Of a stretch of 64,000 nucleotides of DNA, positions 8,734 to 19,231 are shown piece by piece. The stretch spans positions 96,001 to 160,000 of the forward strand of contig OY762825.2 in NCBI GenBank assembly GCA_963666425.2, read 5' to 3'. The position numbers and the translations under genes are program-made. This stretch comes from Bacillota bacterium. Its GTDB lineage: Bacteria; Bacillota; JAAYKD01. Position 1 is the first letter of the stretch; each line of letters starts with the position of its first letter. The notes beneath the pieces were generated by a model. That model saw only the letters and a program-made list of their open reading frames with translations. It ran no database searches and was not told the origin of the DNA.

Positions 8734-9552
8734 TTATTTTCCCGGATAGGTTTCCAAGATGTCTAGGACCCAGCGAACACAATTATTAAAGGCATACAAA
8801 TCGATTCGTTCCAGCGAAGTATGCGGTTGATAATAACCGACACTGAGGTTGACACAGTCCACTTTAAAACGCTTGGATAAGAAATACGCATCCGAATAAG
8901 AGCCTACCGTTTCTTTTAAGTCTTTGATATCAAGCTTCAGCCCCGAGAGCAGCACATGCTGCGCGAGCTTTTTCGTGCAGAGCGTTTGATTTTCGATGGT
9001 TGTGATAATATCGCCGCTGAATTTGCGATCCAGCACCAAGCCAAAGCTGACATCCCGAAAGAATTCTCTGCGCGCATCCTGGATGCCTTCACCGCCGATT
9101 TCTTCCCGGGTAGACAGAATGATTTTTAAAGTCAGAGGTCCCTGATAAGTTTCCAGGATGGAAAGGATGATTTCAATGCCCGCCCGATCGTCACCGCCCA
9201 AAACAACGGCCCGTATGGCGCCGCTGTAACGGTCTCTTTCCAGTAAGTTGCGATCCAGCAGCAGATATCCGTTTTCTACCAGATAGAAGCGTTCCTGGCT
9301 GGGGAAGAATACGGTATCCTGATGACTGCTGAGTAAAACGGTGGCGGCACCCGCTTCCCCTTGGCGGACGGCATAGAGATTACCGAGTTCATCCCGGCTG
9401 ATTTCCACGCAATATTTCGCCAACAGAGGCTCCAAATAATCCGCTACCGGTTTTTCCATTTTTGGTGGGCCGTATATATCGACCAATTTGATTAGCCGCT
9501 CCAAGTTAAAAGCGGCGTAGTCAAAGGTTTTTTCTTTTTTAATATAATTCAT
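8734..9552 (-). CDS. M20/M25/M28 family zinc metallo-hydrolase (peptidase)
   Basis: SHQDTV, GGDDRAG, REEIG, LDRK, SDA and GYYQPHT metal-ligand motifs. Confidence 0.85.
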   Translation of the reverse strand: MNYIKKEKTFDYAAFNLERLIKLVDIYGPPKMEKPVADYLEPLLAKYCVEISRDELGNLYAVRQGEAGAATVLLSSHQDTVFFPSQERFYLVENGYLLLDRNLLERDRYSGAIRAVVLGGDDRAGIEIILSILETYQGPLTLKIILSTREEIGGEGIQDARREFFRDVSFGLVLDRKFSGDIITTIENQTLCTKKLAQHVLLSGLKLDIKDLKETVGSYSDAYFLSKRFKVDCVNLSVGYYQPHTSLERIDLYAFNNCVRWVLDILETYPGK

Positions 9553-9691
9553 GATAACACCTTAATCTGTTTTTTCTTTGCTCTATCATACACGATTTAA
9601 CAGGCTAGAGCAAGATTAATCTAAAAATTCACTGGTTTAAAATTAGGAAGAAGCAGGTAGAAGTATCTGCTTTTTGAAAGGAGAGTTCGGT

Positions 9692-11098
9692 ATGACACAC
9701 GAAGAAGCAATACAGCAGCTGCAGGATTGGAGCCTGCAGTTTACCGGCAGGCAGCAACGCCCGCCGATGGTATATTTTTTAACTTTTGGCTGTCAGATGA
9801 ATTTTAATGATGCCGAATTGATTGCAGGGGTGATGAATCAAGTCGGTTTTTCTAAAACGGATCTCGTGGAACAAGCAGATTTGATTGTAATCAATACCTG
9901 CGGGGTGCGCGAGAGTGCCGAGAACCGGGTGTTTGGTCAATTAGGCCGTTTGAAGGTATTGAAGGAAAGCAATCCGAAACTCTTGATTGCCATCGGCGGC
10001 TGCATGGTACAGCAGCCGCAAGTGGCGGAAAAGATCAAAAAGAGTTATCGACAGGTAGATTTGGTCTTTGGTACGCATACGATTGATCAATTTGCCGAAT
10101 TGCTCTGCCAAACCATGCAGCAGCGCCGGATGGTCTGCGACATCAGAGAAGACAATTTGCTGCCTGCTGAAGGATTGCCGCGCCTGCGCAGCCAGAATCT
10201 GATTTGCTCGGTTAGTATTACTTATGGCTGCAATAATTTCTGCAGCTATTGCATCGTACCCTACGTCAGAGGCAGGGAGCGCAGCCGCGAGCCGCAGCAT
10301 ATTATTGCGGAAATCCAGCAGTTGGTCACTGCGGGCTGTAAAGAGGTGATGCTGTTGGGGCAGAATGTCAATTCCTATGGCAAGGGTTTGCAGCCGGCAG
10401 TTGATTTTGCCGATCTTTTGGCACAGGTCGATCAGATTGCAGGTCTGGAGCGGATTCGTTTCATGACATCACATCCCCGCGATGTCAGCCTGAAGCTCCT
10501 GCAGACGATTGCCGCCGCTCGGCATGTCTGTCATCAGCTGCATTTGCCGATGCAGTCCGGCAGCAGCCGCATATTGCAGGCCATGAACCGCGGTTACAGC
10601 AAAGAGCATTATCTGGATTTGGTACAGCAAATCAGAGAGACGATTCCGGATGTTGTTTTTTCCACCGATATTATTGTCGGTTTCCCCGGTGAGACGGACG
10701 AGGATTTTGCAGATACGCTGGATGTTGTACGGCAAGTCCGCTTTGACAGCGCGTACACTTTTATTTATTCCCGGCGCAGCGGAACCCCTGCCGCTGAGCT
10801 GCCGGAACAAATTCCATATGCTGAAAAACAGAAACGCATCGAAGGCCTGATGAATTTGCAGGCGGATATTTCCAAAGAGATCAACCAAGAGCAATTGGGC
10901 AAAATTGTGACGGTTTTAGTGGAAGGTCCCAGCAAGCAGGATGCCAAGATGTTTACCGGCAGAACAGCCGGCAATAAATTAGTCCATTTTGCGGCAAGAC
11001 AAGAGCAGATCGGTCAATTGCTGCCGGTGAAAATTGAAGCAGCCAGCAGCTTTCATTTAAGCGGCAGCCTGGCAGGAGAAGCAGAAGCAGAAGAATAG
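9692..11098 (+). CDS. miaB: tRNA-2-methylthio-N6-dimethylallyladenosine synthase
   Basis: TFGCQMN, CNNFCSYC radical SAM motif, C-terminal TRAM domain; next to mutSL-miaA. Confidence 0.95.
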   Translation: MTHEEAIQQLQDWSLQFTGRQQRPPMVYFLTFGCQMNFNDAELIAGVMNQVGFSKTDLVEQADLIVINTCGVRESAENRVFGQLGRLKVLKESNPKLLIAIGGCMVQQPQVAEKIKKSYRQVDLVFGTHTIDQFAELLCQTMQQRRMVCDIREDNLLPAEGLPRLRSQNLICSVSITYGCNNFCSYCIVPYVRGRERSREPQHIIAEIQQLVTAGCKEVMLLGQNVNSYGKGLQPAVDFADLLAQVDQIAGLERIRFMTSHPRDVSLKLLQTIAAARHVCHQLHLPMQSGSSRILQAMNRGYSKEHYLDLVQQIRETIPDVVFSTDIIVGFPGETDEDFADTLDVVRQVRFDSAYTFIYSRRSGTPAAELPEQIPYAEKQKRIEGLMNLQADISKEINQEQLGKIVTVLVEGPSKQDAKMFTGRTAGNKLVHFAARQEQIGQLLPVKIEAASSFHLSGSLAGEAEAEE

Positions 11099-11119
11099 AG
11101 TATAAAGGAAAGGATCGCC

Positions 11120-13726
11120 ATGGCTACTGATTATACTCCCATGATCCAGCAGTATTTGCAGGCAAAAGCGGAAAATCCGGGTGCGGTTTTGTTTTTTCGA
11201 TTGGGTGATTTTTATGAAATGTTCTTTGAAGATGCGATTACGATGTCCAAAGAACTGGAGATTACCCTGACCGGCCGCGACGGCGGTGCCGAAGAACGCA
11301 TTCCCATGTGCGGGGTACCGTATCACGCCGCGGAGACTTATATCAGCAAATTGGTTGCCAAAGGTTATCGCGTTGCGATCTGCGAGCAGGTCGAGGACCC
11401 CAAATTGGCCAAAGGCATTGTCAAACGGGAAATCGTTCGTATCGTTACACCTGGCACCGTTGATTATCACAGTGTTTTAGAGGATAAGCGCAATAATTAT
11501 CTCGTCTGCCTCGCTGCGGAGGAAAATTGCTTCGCGCTGGCCGTAACCGACGTAACGACCGGTTATTTCGCCTGTACAGGGTTTTCCGGCCCGGATGCGA
11601 TGATGCAGCTGCGCAATGAGTTGACTCGTTTGATGCCAAGTGAAGCCATCTGGACCGGCAACCGGGATCAAGATGAAGTCAGCGCGCTTTGCCGTCCGCT
11701 AAATATTCTCCTGACCACATTAACGGCGGAGGAACTGCACAAGACAGGTTCCGATGCCGCTCTGCTGCAGCAAATTCAGAGCATCCTGCCGGCTGGTCCG
11801 GAAAGGGAGCTGGAAACAAAGGTTTGCCTTGCCCTCTATTGGTATGTGCGTGCCACGGCCAAAATCGAACGGAAAGATCTGGGTAAATTGGAGTATTATC
11901 AGCTGAGCTGGCAGATGATCCTCGATCAATCCACCCGACGCAGTCTGGAACTGATTCAAACCATGCGTGAAAATCAAACGCAGGGCTCTTTGCTCTGGGT
12001 ATTGGATAAAACCCGCACCGCAACCGGCGGTCGGATGCTGCATCAATGGGTTTTGCAGCCGCTGACCAATGTGGCGCAAATTGAAAATCGCCTGGCCGGT
12101 GTGCAGGAATTGGTGGAGAACAGCGAAATGCGCTTCCGTTTAGGCGAAGCACTGGCCAATGTTTACGATCTGGAACGGCTGATGGGCAGAATTGCTTTTG
12201 GTTCGGCCAATGGGCGCGACTTATTGGCTTTGCAGCAATCACTGTCCGTGCTGCCGCAAATACAGCAGATTTTAAGCGGAGCCGTTTCTTCCATTTTACA
12301 AACCAATCATCACCGTCTGCCCGATTTATCTGCCGTTACTCTCAGGATTGCCACTGCAATCGTTGACGAACCGCCGATTTCCCTGCGCGAAGGCGGCATC
12401 ATTCGGCAGGGTTATCATGCCGAGGTGGATCGCTACAGCACGGCAGCCCGGGAGGGTAAGAATTGGTTGGTAGATTTAGAAAAGCAAGAACGGGAAAAAA
12501 CCGGTATCCGCACCCTGAAAGTGGGTTATAATCGGATATTTGGTTACTATTTGGAAGTGACTAAGGCGCAGTTGGGCAATGTGCCTGACGCTTATATCCG
12601 CAAGCAAACCTTGGCAAATTGTGAGCGTTATATTACCGAAGATTTGAAGAAACTGGAAGAGACGATTCTGGGCGCGCAGGAAAAACTGGTCGAATTGGAA
12701 TATGAGCTTTTTGTAGAGCTTCGCGACTGGATCGGAAGCTTTACGGAAGAAATCAGAAAAGCCGCTCAGGTGGTGGCGACGCTCGATTGTCTCGCTTCTC
12801 TGGCGGAAGTAGCGGTGAAATACCGTTACAACAAGCCGGTGATCAATCAGAGCGGCTGTCTGCGCATTCGCGAAGGCCGTCATCCGGTGGTGGAACGCAC
12901 GCTAAAGGACAGACCCTATATTCCCAATGATTTATTCCTGGATAAAGAAACGCAGCGAGTCATGATCATCACCGGCCCTAATATGGCTGGAAAGAGCACC
13001 TATCTGCGGATGAATGCGCTGATTGTGCTGATGGCGCAGATGGGTTCCTATGTTCCGGCTGCCGCTGCGGAAATTGGCATCGTTGACCGTATTTTCACCC
13101 GGGTTGGTTCCGGAGATGATCTGGCCGGCGGGCAATCCACTTTCATGGTGGAAATGACAGAACTGAGCCAGATTTTGGCATCCGCTACAGCCAATAGTTT
13201 GCTGGTACTCGATGAAATCGGCCGCGGGACGAGCACCTTTGACGGGATGAGCATTGCACGTGCAGCCCTGGAGTACATTCAGAACCCCAACCAATTGGGA
13301 GCCAGAACCTTATTTGCTACGCATTATCATGAATTGACCGATCTGGAACAACTCTACAGCGGAGTGAAAAATTTTTCGGTGGCGGTCAAGGGCAAAGGAG
13401 AGGACATTGTTTTCCTGCATCGCATCGTCTCGGGAGCTGTGGATAAGAGCTATGGCATTGAAGTCGCCAGATTAGCCGGTTTGCCGAAAAATGTGGTAAA
13501 GCGCGCCAGGGAAATCCTGAAGCAAATGGAATCGAGCGATGAATTGCGCTTAAAGCAGGAAACCAGTCAGAAGCCGACAGCGAATGCCGACGCGCTACAG
13601 CTGCCCTTGCTGAGCGCAGAGGAACACCCGGTTTTGGAGCGCTTGCGCCGAGCCGATGTGATGTCGATGACCCCGATTGAAGCGATTAATTTAATCAATG
13701 AATGGCAAAAAGAACTGAAAAAGTAA
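11120..13726 (+). CDS. mutS: DNA mismatch repair protein MutS
   Basis: GDFYEMF, TGPNMAGKST, STFMVEM, DEIGRGT, FATHY. Confidence 0.97.
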   Translation: MATDYTPMIQQYLQAKAENPGAVLFFRLGDFYEMFFEDAITMSKELEITLTGRDGGAEERIPMCGVPYHAAETYISKLVAKGYRVAICEQVEDPKLAKGIVKREIVRIVTPGTVDYHSVLEDKRNNYLVCLAAEENCFALAVTDVTTGYFACTGFSGPDAMMQLRNELTRLMPSEAIWTGNRDQDEVSALCRPLNILLTTLTAEELHKTGSDAALLQQIQSILPAGPERELETKVCLALYWYVRATAKIERKDLGKLEYYQLSWQMILDQSTRRSLELIQTMRENQTQGSLLWVLDKTRTATGGRMLHQWVLQPLTNVAQIENRLAGVQELVENSEMRFRLGEALANVYDLERLMGRIAFGSANGRDLLALQQSLSVLPQIQQILSGAVSSILQTNHHRLPDLSAVTLRIATAIVDEPPISLREGGIIRQGYHAEVDRYSTAAREGKNWLVDLEKQEREKTGIRTLKVGYNRIFGYYLEVTKAQLGNVPDAYIRKQTLANCERYITEDLKKLEETILGAQEKLVELEYELFVELRDWIGSFTEEIRKAAQVVATLDCLASLAEVAVKYRYNKPVINQSGCLRIREGRHPVVERTLKDRPYIPNDLFLDKETQRVMIITGPNMAGKSTYLRMNALIVLMAQMGSYVPAAAAEIGIVDRIFTRVGSGDDLAGGQSTFMVEMTELSQILASATANSLLVLDEIGRGTSTFDGMSIARAALEYIQNPNQLGARTLFATHYHELTDLEQLYSGVKNFSVAVKGKGEDIVFLHRIVSGAVDKSYGIEVARLAGLPKNVVKRAREILKQMESSDELRLKQETSQKPTANADALQLPLLSAEEHPVLERLRRADVMSMTPIEAINLINEWQKELKK

Positions 13727-13770
13727 ACTGCTGACCGGCGCAGTAAAGTGAGAGGTAGGAGGTGTCAGCC

Positions 13771-15615
13771 ATGATTCGGATTCTTAGCGCGGATTTAACC
13801 AATAAAATCGCTGCCGGTGAAGTCGTGGAACGGCCTGCTTCGGTGGTCAAGGAGCTATTGGAAAATGCCATTGATGCCGGTGCCAGCCAAATCTCGATCG
13901 ATATTTTCGGTGGTGGTCTGACCAGAATCAGCCTGACGGATAACGGCAGCGGCATGAATCGAGCGGATGCTGTTTTGGCTTTGGAACGGCATGCTACCAG
14001 TAAATTACAGGAAGAAAGCGACCTTTTTGCAATACGGACCTTGGGTTTTCGCGGTGAAGCCTTACCCAGCATTGCCTCGGTTTCACACTTTTGCCTGCTG
14101 ACCCGTCAGCAGGATGACTTAGCAGGAACCAAGGTGCAGGTGCAGCAGGGAGAAATCACGGCAGAAGACGCGGCTGCCCCCAAAGGCACCCAAGTCATCG
14201 TCGAGGATTTGTTTTATAATACACCCGCCCGGCTCAAATTTATGAAGAGTGTCGCGGCCGAAGGCAGTCATATCCTCAACGTGGCACTCAGCCTGGCACT
14301 TTCGCGTCCCGATGTGGCCATCGAATGCACCAGAGATGATCGCCTGGTCTTGTCCACACCCGGCAACGGCAAATTGGAAGATGTAATTCGAGCCGTTTAC
14401 GGTCATGATGTGATGCAGCAATTGCTGCCGCTCTCCTATACGGAAGGAGAATACCGAATCTTCGGTTATATCGGCAAACCTACGTTCAGCCGTTCCAACC
14501 GCCGCGACGAGCATTTCGTTATCAACGGTCGCTATGCACAGGCCAAAAATATTCAGCACGCCGTGGAGGAAGCCTACCGTCAAATCATGGCGCCGCGCAA
14601 ATACCCCTTTTTTGTCTTATCCATTGAATTGCCTTTGGATCAGGTGGATGTCAATGTCCATCCGGCCAAGACCGAAGTGCGCTTCCGTGAGGAAGGAAAA
14701 TTGTATCAACTCTGTATGCGGGGTGTGCGCTCTGCTCTGAATCCGCATCTTATGGGCAATGAACCGGAACAGACTGCCTACCCTCCTCAGCAAACACAAG
14801 GTTGGCTGGCAGCTGAAACTATAACCAGACCAGCGGCACAACAGAAGTCCTTACTGTCTTCGTTTCCGGCCGCTGTCAGAACAGCAGATCAGCGCGCTGC
14901 GGCGGCACCACCAGCAAGACTTTATTCTCCGCCAGATTTGGCTGCTGCCAACCGCAGCGAGGAAGCAAGCCAAGTTTTTCCACCGACCCTGCCTCCGCTT
15001 TCCACGCTGGATTTGAGTAAAACCTCGATTTTTCCACCGATGCGGGTGCTCAGCCAGTTGGCCGGCACCTATCTCTTAGCGCAGTCTATCGATGCCTTTT
15101 ATCTGTTTGATCAGCATGCCGCGCATGAACGGATTCTATTCAGCATGCTGAAAGCCCAAATGGAAGAAGGTCAAATCAGCAGCCAAACCATGCTGATGCC
15201 TTATACCATAGAATTGCCGCTGATGGAATTTGATCGCATCATGCAGCGTCTGGCGGAATTGCGGACACTCGGCTTCCTGCTTGAGGACTTTGGCAATCAA
15301 ACACTGCTGGTCCGCGAAATGCCGCAGCTTTTAACCGGTGATGGTGCCAGAGAAGGCTTGGTTGAGATTTTTAACGAGCTGACAGCCACGGAACGTCCGC
15401 TTTCGGCTGCTGATTTAACCATGAAGACGCTGATCACGATGTCCTGCAAAGGTGCGATCAAAGCCAATCAATGGCTGCCGCAAAGCCGGATGAATGAATT
15501 AATCGAACAGTTGGGCCGCACGGCAGATGCAGCCACATGTCCGCATGGCCGGCCGACTTTTTATTGTTTGTCATTAACGGAATTGGACAAGATTTTTAAG
15601 AGAGTGACGCCTTGA
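13771..15615 (+). CDS. mutL: DNA mismatch repair endonuclease MutL
   Basis: IAAGEVVERP, GFRGEAL, DQHAAHER, CPHGRP. Confidence 0.97.
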   Translation: MIRILSADLTNKIAAGEVVERPASVVKELLENAIDAGASQISIDIFGGGLTRISLTDNGSGMNRADAVLALERHATSKLQEESDLFAIRTLGFRGEALPSIASVSHFCLLTRQQDDLAGTKVQVQQGEITAEDAAAPKGTQVIVEDLFYNTPARLKFMKSVAAEGSHILNVALSLALSRPDVAIECTRDDRLVLSTPGNGKLEDVIRAVYGHDVMQQLLPLSYTEGEYRIFGYIGKPTFSRSNRRDEHFVINGRYAQAKNIQHAVEEAYRQIMAPRKYPFFVLSIELPLDQVDVNVHPAKTEVRFREEGKLYQLCMRGVRSALNPHLMGNEPEQTAYPPQQTQGWLAAETITRPAAQQKSLLSSFPAAVRTADQRAAAAPPARLYSPPDLAAANRSEEASQVFPPTLPPLSTLDLSKTSIFPPMRVLSQLAGTYLLAQSIDAFYLFDQHAAHERILFSMLKAQMEEGQISSQTMLMPYTIELPLMEFDRIMQRLAELRTLGFLLEDFGNQTLLVREMPQLLTGDGAREGLVEIFNELTATERPLSAADLTMKTLITMSCKGAIKANQWLPQSRMNELIEQLGRTADAATCPHGRPTFYCLSLTELDKIFKRVTP

Positions 15616-15640
15616 GCGGCGTATGAAGTGAGCTGAACAG

Positions 15641-16600
15641 ATGAAAGAAAAATTGACGTGCGTCATCGTAATTGTTGGGCCGACCGGGGTAGGGAAAACA
15701 GCGGTTTCGCTGCGCCTGGCCGAACATTTCAATGCCGAAATCGTTTCGGCGGATTCGATGCAGATTTATCGTGGGATGGATATCGGGACAGCCAAAGCAA
15801 GCGCGGCGGAAAGAACCCGGATTCCGCACCACTGTATCGATTTTTTACCGATTACCGAGCGCTATTCTGCCGCGCAGTATCAGCAGGATGCGCGGGCTGC
15901 GATTGCCCAAATTCAGCAAAAAGGGAAACTGCCAATCCTGGTCGGCGGTACCGGTCTTTATCTGCGGGCTGCTTTGGAACCGTATGATTTCAGCGAAGCA
16001 AAGCTTGATTTACCGCTGCGCAGCGCCTTACAGCAGCGGGCTGCACAAGAGGGCAGCCTCAGTTTGCTGAACGAATTAGCGCAAGTCGATCCCCAAACGG
16101 CTGCCCGTCTGCATGTCAATGATACAAAGCGCATTATCCGTGCTTTGGAAGTCTATCAGACCACCGGCAAGCCGATTTCTCAGGCAGAACAGGCAACAAA
16201 AAATGCTGCACCGCTCTACCAAGTGGTTTATCTGGGCCTGACGCGGCCCAGAGAGGAGCTTTATACCCGAATAGAACAAAGGATCGACACCATGTTCGAG
16301 CAGGGCTTAACGGAAGAAGTCAGGCAGCTGATCGAGCAGGGTTTGACAGAACAATTGCCTGCCGGACAAGCGTTAGGTTATAAAGAATTTTTTCCGTATT
16401 TCCGGGGTGAAAGCAGCCTGGCTGAAGTGGCCGCTCTCTTGAAACAAAACACGCGGCGTTATGCCAAACGGCAGCTGACTTGGTTCAGAGCGAATCCCGA
16501 GATTCACTGGTTCAATCTCAGCGCGTATCGGACGGAAGAAATTCTCTTAGCTGAATTGCAAACGCTTGTGCAGCAGACACTTTTTATGTTAAACTGTTGA
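15641..16600 (+). CDS. miaA: tRNA dimethylallyltransferase
   Basis: GPTGVGKT, DSMQIY, GGTGLY, YAKRQLTW. Confidence 0.96.
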   Translation: MKEKLTCVIVIVGPTGVGKTAVSLRLAEHFNAEIVSADSMQIYRGMDIGTAKASAAERTRIPHHCIDFLPITERYSAAQYQQDARAAIAQIQQKGKLPILVGGTGLYLRAALEPYDFSEAKLDLPLRSALQQRAAQEGSLSLLNELAQVDPQTAARLHVNDTKRIIRALEVYQTTGKPISQAEQATKNAAPLYQVVYLGLTRPREELYTRIEQRIDTMFEQGLTEEVRQLIEQGLTEQLPAGQALGYKEFFPYFRGESSLAEVAALLKQNTRRYAKRQLTWFRANPEIHWFNLSAYRTEEILLAELQTLVQQTLFMLNC

Positions 16601-16624
16601 AAAGGATGGGGAGGGTTTTCTGGG

Positions 16625-16879
16625 ATGAATAAGACATTGAATTTACAGGATGCTTTTTTAAATGTGGTGCGTAAAGAGAATATTATGGTGGCCGTTTATT
16701 TAGTCAACGGTTTTCAGCTGCGCGGACTGGTACGCGGATTTGACAGTTTTTGTGTTGTCATTGAATCGGAAGGCAGGCAGCAATTGGTGTATAAGCATGC
16801 CATCTCAACCATCTCACCTTTTCAACCGGTTCAGTTTTATCATACACCGGAAAAAGAAACGGAAGAGAGCCAGAGATAG
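16625..16879 (+). CDS. hfq: RNA chaperone Hfq
   Basis: [22 protein letters not shown]. Confidence 0.96.
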   Translation: MNKTLNLQDAFLNVVRKENIMVAVYLVNGFQLRGLVRGFDSFCVVIESEGRQQLVYKHAISTISPFQPVQFYHTPEKETEESQR

Positions 16880-16885
16880 AACATT

Positions 16886-16939
16886 AAAAAAAGCTGTTTC
16901 AGCGGCGGTCCTGCAAACCGTCACGGAAACAGCTTTTTT
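16886..16939. terminator. Bidirectional terminator
   Basis: AAAAAAGCTGTTTC...GAAACAGCTTTTTT between convergent genes. Confidence 0.75.
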
Positions 16940-16961
16940 GGCATAACTGCCAGGAGAAAAA

Positions 16962-17486
16962 TTAGAAATTCCTCATCACCTTTTTTAAGGCCAGTGCAAC
17001 AGGATACGCGATGATACCGCCGGTCACAACTTGAATGATGTTGCCCGGAATGCTGGTCAGAGGTGCAATCAGATTGCCATACAAGAACCATTCTGCTAAA
17101 TAATAACCAAAGACTTTGATCAGCAAGGCGACGACCACCGCGAAAATGTAATCCTGTGGTCTCTGCTTTTTTTCCAGAATTAGTCCGCTGACATAACCCA
17201 TCAAACCAACGATAACGAGCGTAAAAGGTGCCCAACTGGTCCAGCTCGACAGCACATCAAACAAAGCCATGCCGATGCCACCGGCCAAAGCCGCTTTATT
17301 TTTACCTAAACAGACGGCTGCCACAAACAGCGGCACATTGCCTAAATGGATCAGTCCCCCATTGGCAGCAATGGGTAAACGAATATTGATAAACATGGTA
17401 AAGACCAGGACCAGACTAATAAAGAGAGCCGTAATAACCATATCACGGATCGTATATTTTGGCTGCTTTTTTGCTTGATTGATCAT
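16962..17486 (-). CDS. ECF transporter S component (possibly vitamin B6/HMP type)
   Basis: GGLIHLGN, AGGIGMALFD, WAPFT, SIPGN; hydrophobic. Confidence 0.85.
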   Translation of the reverse strand: MINQAKKQPKYTIRDMVITALFISLVLVFTMFINIRLPIAANGGLIHLGNVPLFVAAVCLGKNKAALAGGIGMALFDVLSSWTSWAPFTLVIVGLMGYVSGLILEKKQRPQDYIFAVVVALLIKVFGYYLAEWFLYGNLIAPLTSIPGNIIQVVTGGIIAYPVALALKKVMRNF

Positions 17487-17573
17487 GCAGTATCTCCGCC
17501 TTTCCTTCAATTGTTTAAATTTTAACACAGCATTGAGCAGGATAACATAAGTTGTTTCAAGAGTTTTTAAAGC

Positions 17574-18917
17574 TTATCGTGAGGATGGCGTCTGATCCTG
17601 TTCGGCAAGATAGACGGCTTGCAGTAAGGTATGCCGCAAATACGCCATGCGTCCGTCCAAGTCACCGGTCTGAATAAAAAACCCGGAAGGCTTGGCATTA
17701 CACTCCAACAGCCAGATCTTACCTTGGGTATCCAGCATAAAATCACAGGAAAACTCACTGGCTTGATAAGGCTTCTCTCCGAATAATTGCGTCAGCCCGT
17801 GCACGGCAGTCTGAATTTGAGCCATCATACTGCTATAAAGTTCTTGCGAGAGGATGTCAGACAGAACTGCCGCATCCGCAGTAATTTCGCGCGCAGCGGT
17901 GATAAACGGCACATCCTGAGCGCCGCTGCAGCGGAGCACATGGCAAGCCTGCAGCCAATTTTCTTGGCAGCGCTGCATTAAAATCCTTTGCTCAAAAACC
18001 CGATGATCCCATAAAAAAGAGGTAATCCCCGCCTGAATCAGGTAATCCTGGCTTTGAGTGATTTGCTCTGCCCGCAGCAGCAGATTCTCTGGTGAGAGCG
18101 AGTTTTGTGTCGATAAAAATCCATTATCATCATTATAAGCAAGCTGCCAGCCGGGATCAGTTTGCTGCAAGCGCAGCAGACCACGGGATTCGTAACCGGC
18201 GGTCGGTTTTAAGAACAGGACCGGGTGCCGCAGCAGCATTTCTGCAAGTGCTGCTGTGGAATAATTCAGTGTTTCCGGCAGGAAAGGCGAGAGCGCCGTT
18301 TGATGTAAAAAATGATAAAAATTCAGTTTGTGATCCAGCAGGCGCGTAAAGAGAGGATTATTCAGGCTGGGAATGCCTAAATTGCTTAGTCGCTGCAGCG
18401 CCTCGATTCGTTCGCTGTTTTCCTCCAGGTAGATGCTGACGCCGCGATAATAGATCACGTCAGGCAGGGAAAAGCAACCGGACTGCCATTCCTGATCAGG
18501 TGTTAAGCAATAACCTTGGATCGTTTTCTGCTCGTAATTCAGGCCTTTGGCGGCAAAGACTACGGTTTTGAAACCATAATTGGCAGAAAGACGAGCGAGT
18601 TGACGGAAATGATAATCCTCAAAGCCAAAGCCGACTTCGTGATTGTTGAGAGAAATTTCCCGGTAGAGAACACCGAACACCGGTAAAACTGCAGCTCGAT
18701 CGGCAGCGCAATCCGTTTCTGTTACCTTCGAAGGATCAGAATCAACAAGGGAGGAATTCAGAGCGGCGAACCTTTGCCAAGCGTATTGCAGCGCCTCTTG
18801 GCGTGAATGGCAGATTTGCCACTTGCCATCTTTGTATCCCTGCAAAGGCCAAATTGTTGTATTGGAGGGGCGCAGCAATTCTGCTTCTTGTCGTTTTGTT
18901 TCATTGATTGGCAGCAT
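17574..18917 (-). CDS. YheC/YheD family ATP-grasp protein (spore coat-associated type)
   Basis: PDVIYYR, FLPET, FLKPTAG, YLIQ, DFMLDTQGKIWLLECNAKP; AAAGGAGG RBS. Confidence 0.82.
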   Translation of the reverse strand: MLPINETKRQEAELLRPSNTTIWPLQGYKDGKWQICHSRQEALQYAWQRFAALNSSLVDSDPSKVTETDCAADRAAVLPVFGVLYREISLNNHEVGFGFEDYHFRQLARLSANYGFKTVVFAAKGLNYEQKTIQGYCLTPDQEWQSGCFSLPDVIYYRGVSIYLEENSERIEALQRLSNLGIPSLNNPLFTRLLDHKLNFYHFLHQTALSPFLPETLNYSTAALAEMLLRHPVLFLKPTAGYESRGLLRLQQTDPGWQLAYNDDNGFLSTQNSLSPENLLLRAEQITQSQDYLIQAGITSFLWDHRVFEQRILMQRCQENWLQACHVLRCSGAQDVPFITAAREITADAAVLSDILSQELYSSMMAQIQTAVHGLTQLFGEKPYQASEFSCDFMLDTQGKIWLLECNAKPSGFFIQTGDLDGRMAYLRHTLLQAVYLAEQDQTPSSR

Positions 18918-18947
18918 GAGGCACCTCCTTTCCAAGTGTAGCACTCT

Positions 18948-18972
18948 ATTCTAGAAAACCAGGAAAAATCCT
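18948..18972 (-). promoter_or_regulatory. sigmaH-type promoter
   Basis: Minus strand gcAGGA-N17-GAAT 30 nt upstream of the ATG. Confidence 0.6.
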
Positions 18973-19231
18973 GCATTTTCTGGACAGCCGGAGGAACCAG
19001 GCGGCGGTAAGTTGTTTTAGCGCAACAATTCTGTCATAAAATGGTCATTTGAAGGGGATGAGGGGTTCGATCAAGAATTAACTAAATTGACTTGTCGGCA
19101 TAACGTTTTATAATGGTAAAATATAACATATATACTGCCGCAAGTGGCTGAACCAAGCCGCCTTCTTGACAAGGGAAACGAAAAAAGTTAATATGGATTG
19201 GATTCTCTCCCAGGAAAGGATGATTTGAAGC

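Noticed and set aside
19115-19231. c-di-AMP (ydaO) riboswitch upstream of the 3D-domain gene
   Set aside because: The conserved GCTGAATC/GGGGGA/CCCGTCAGCTAAC elements are not present as a set and the leader is short
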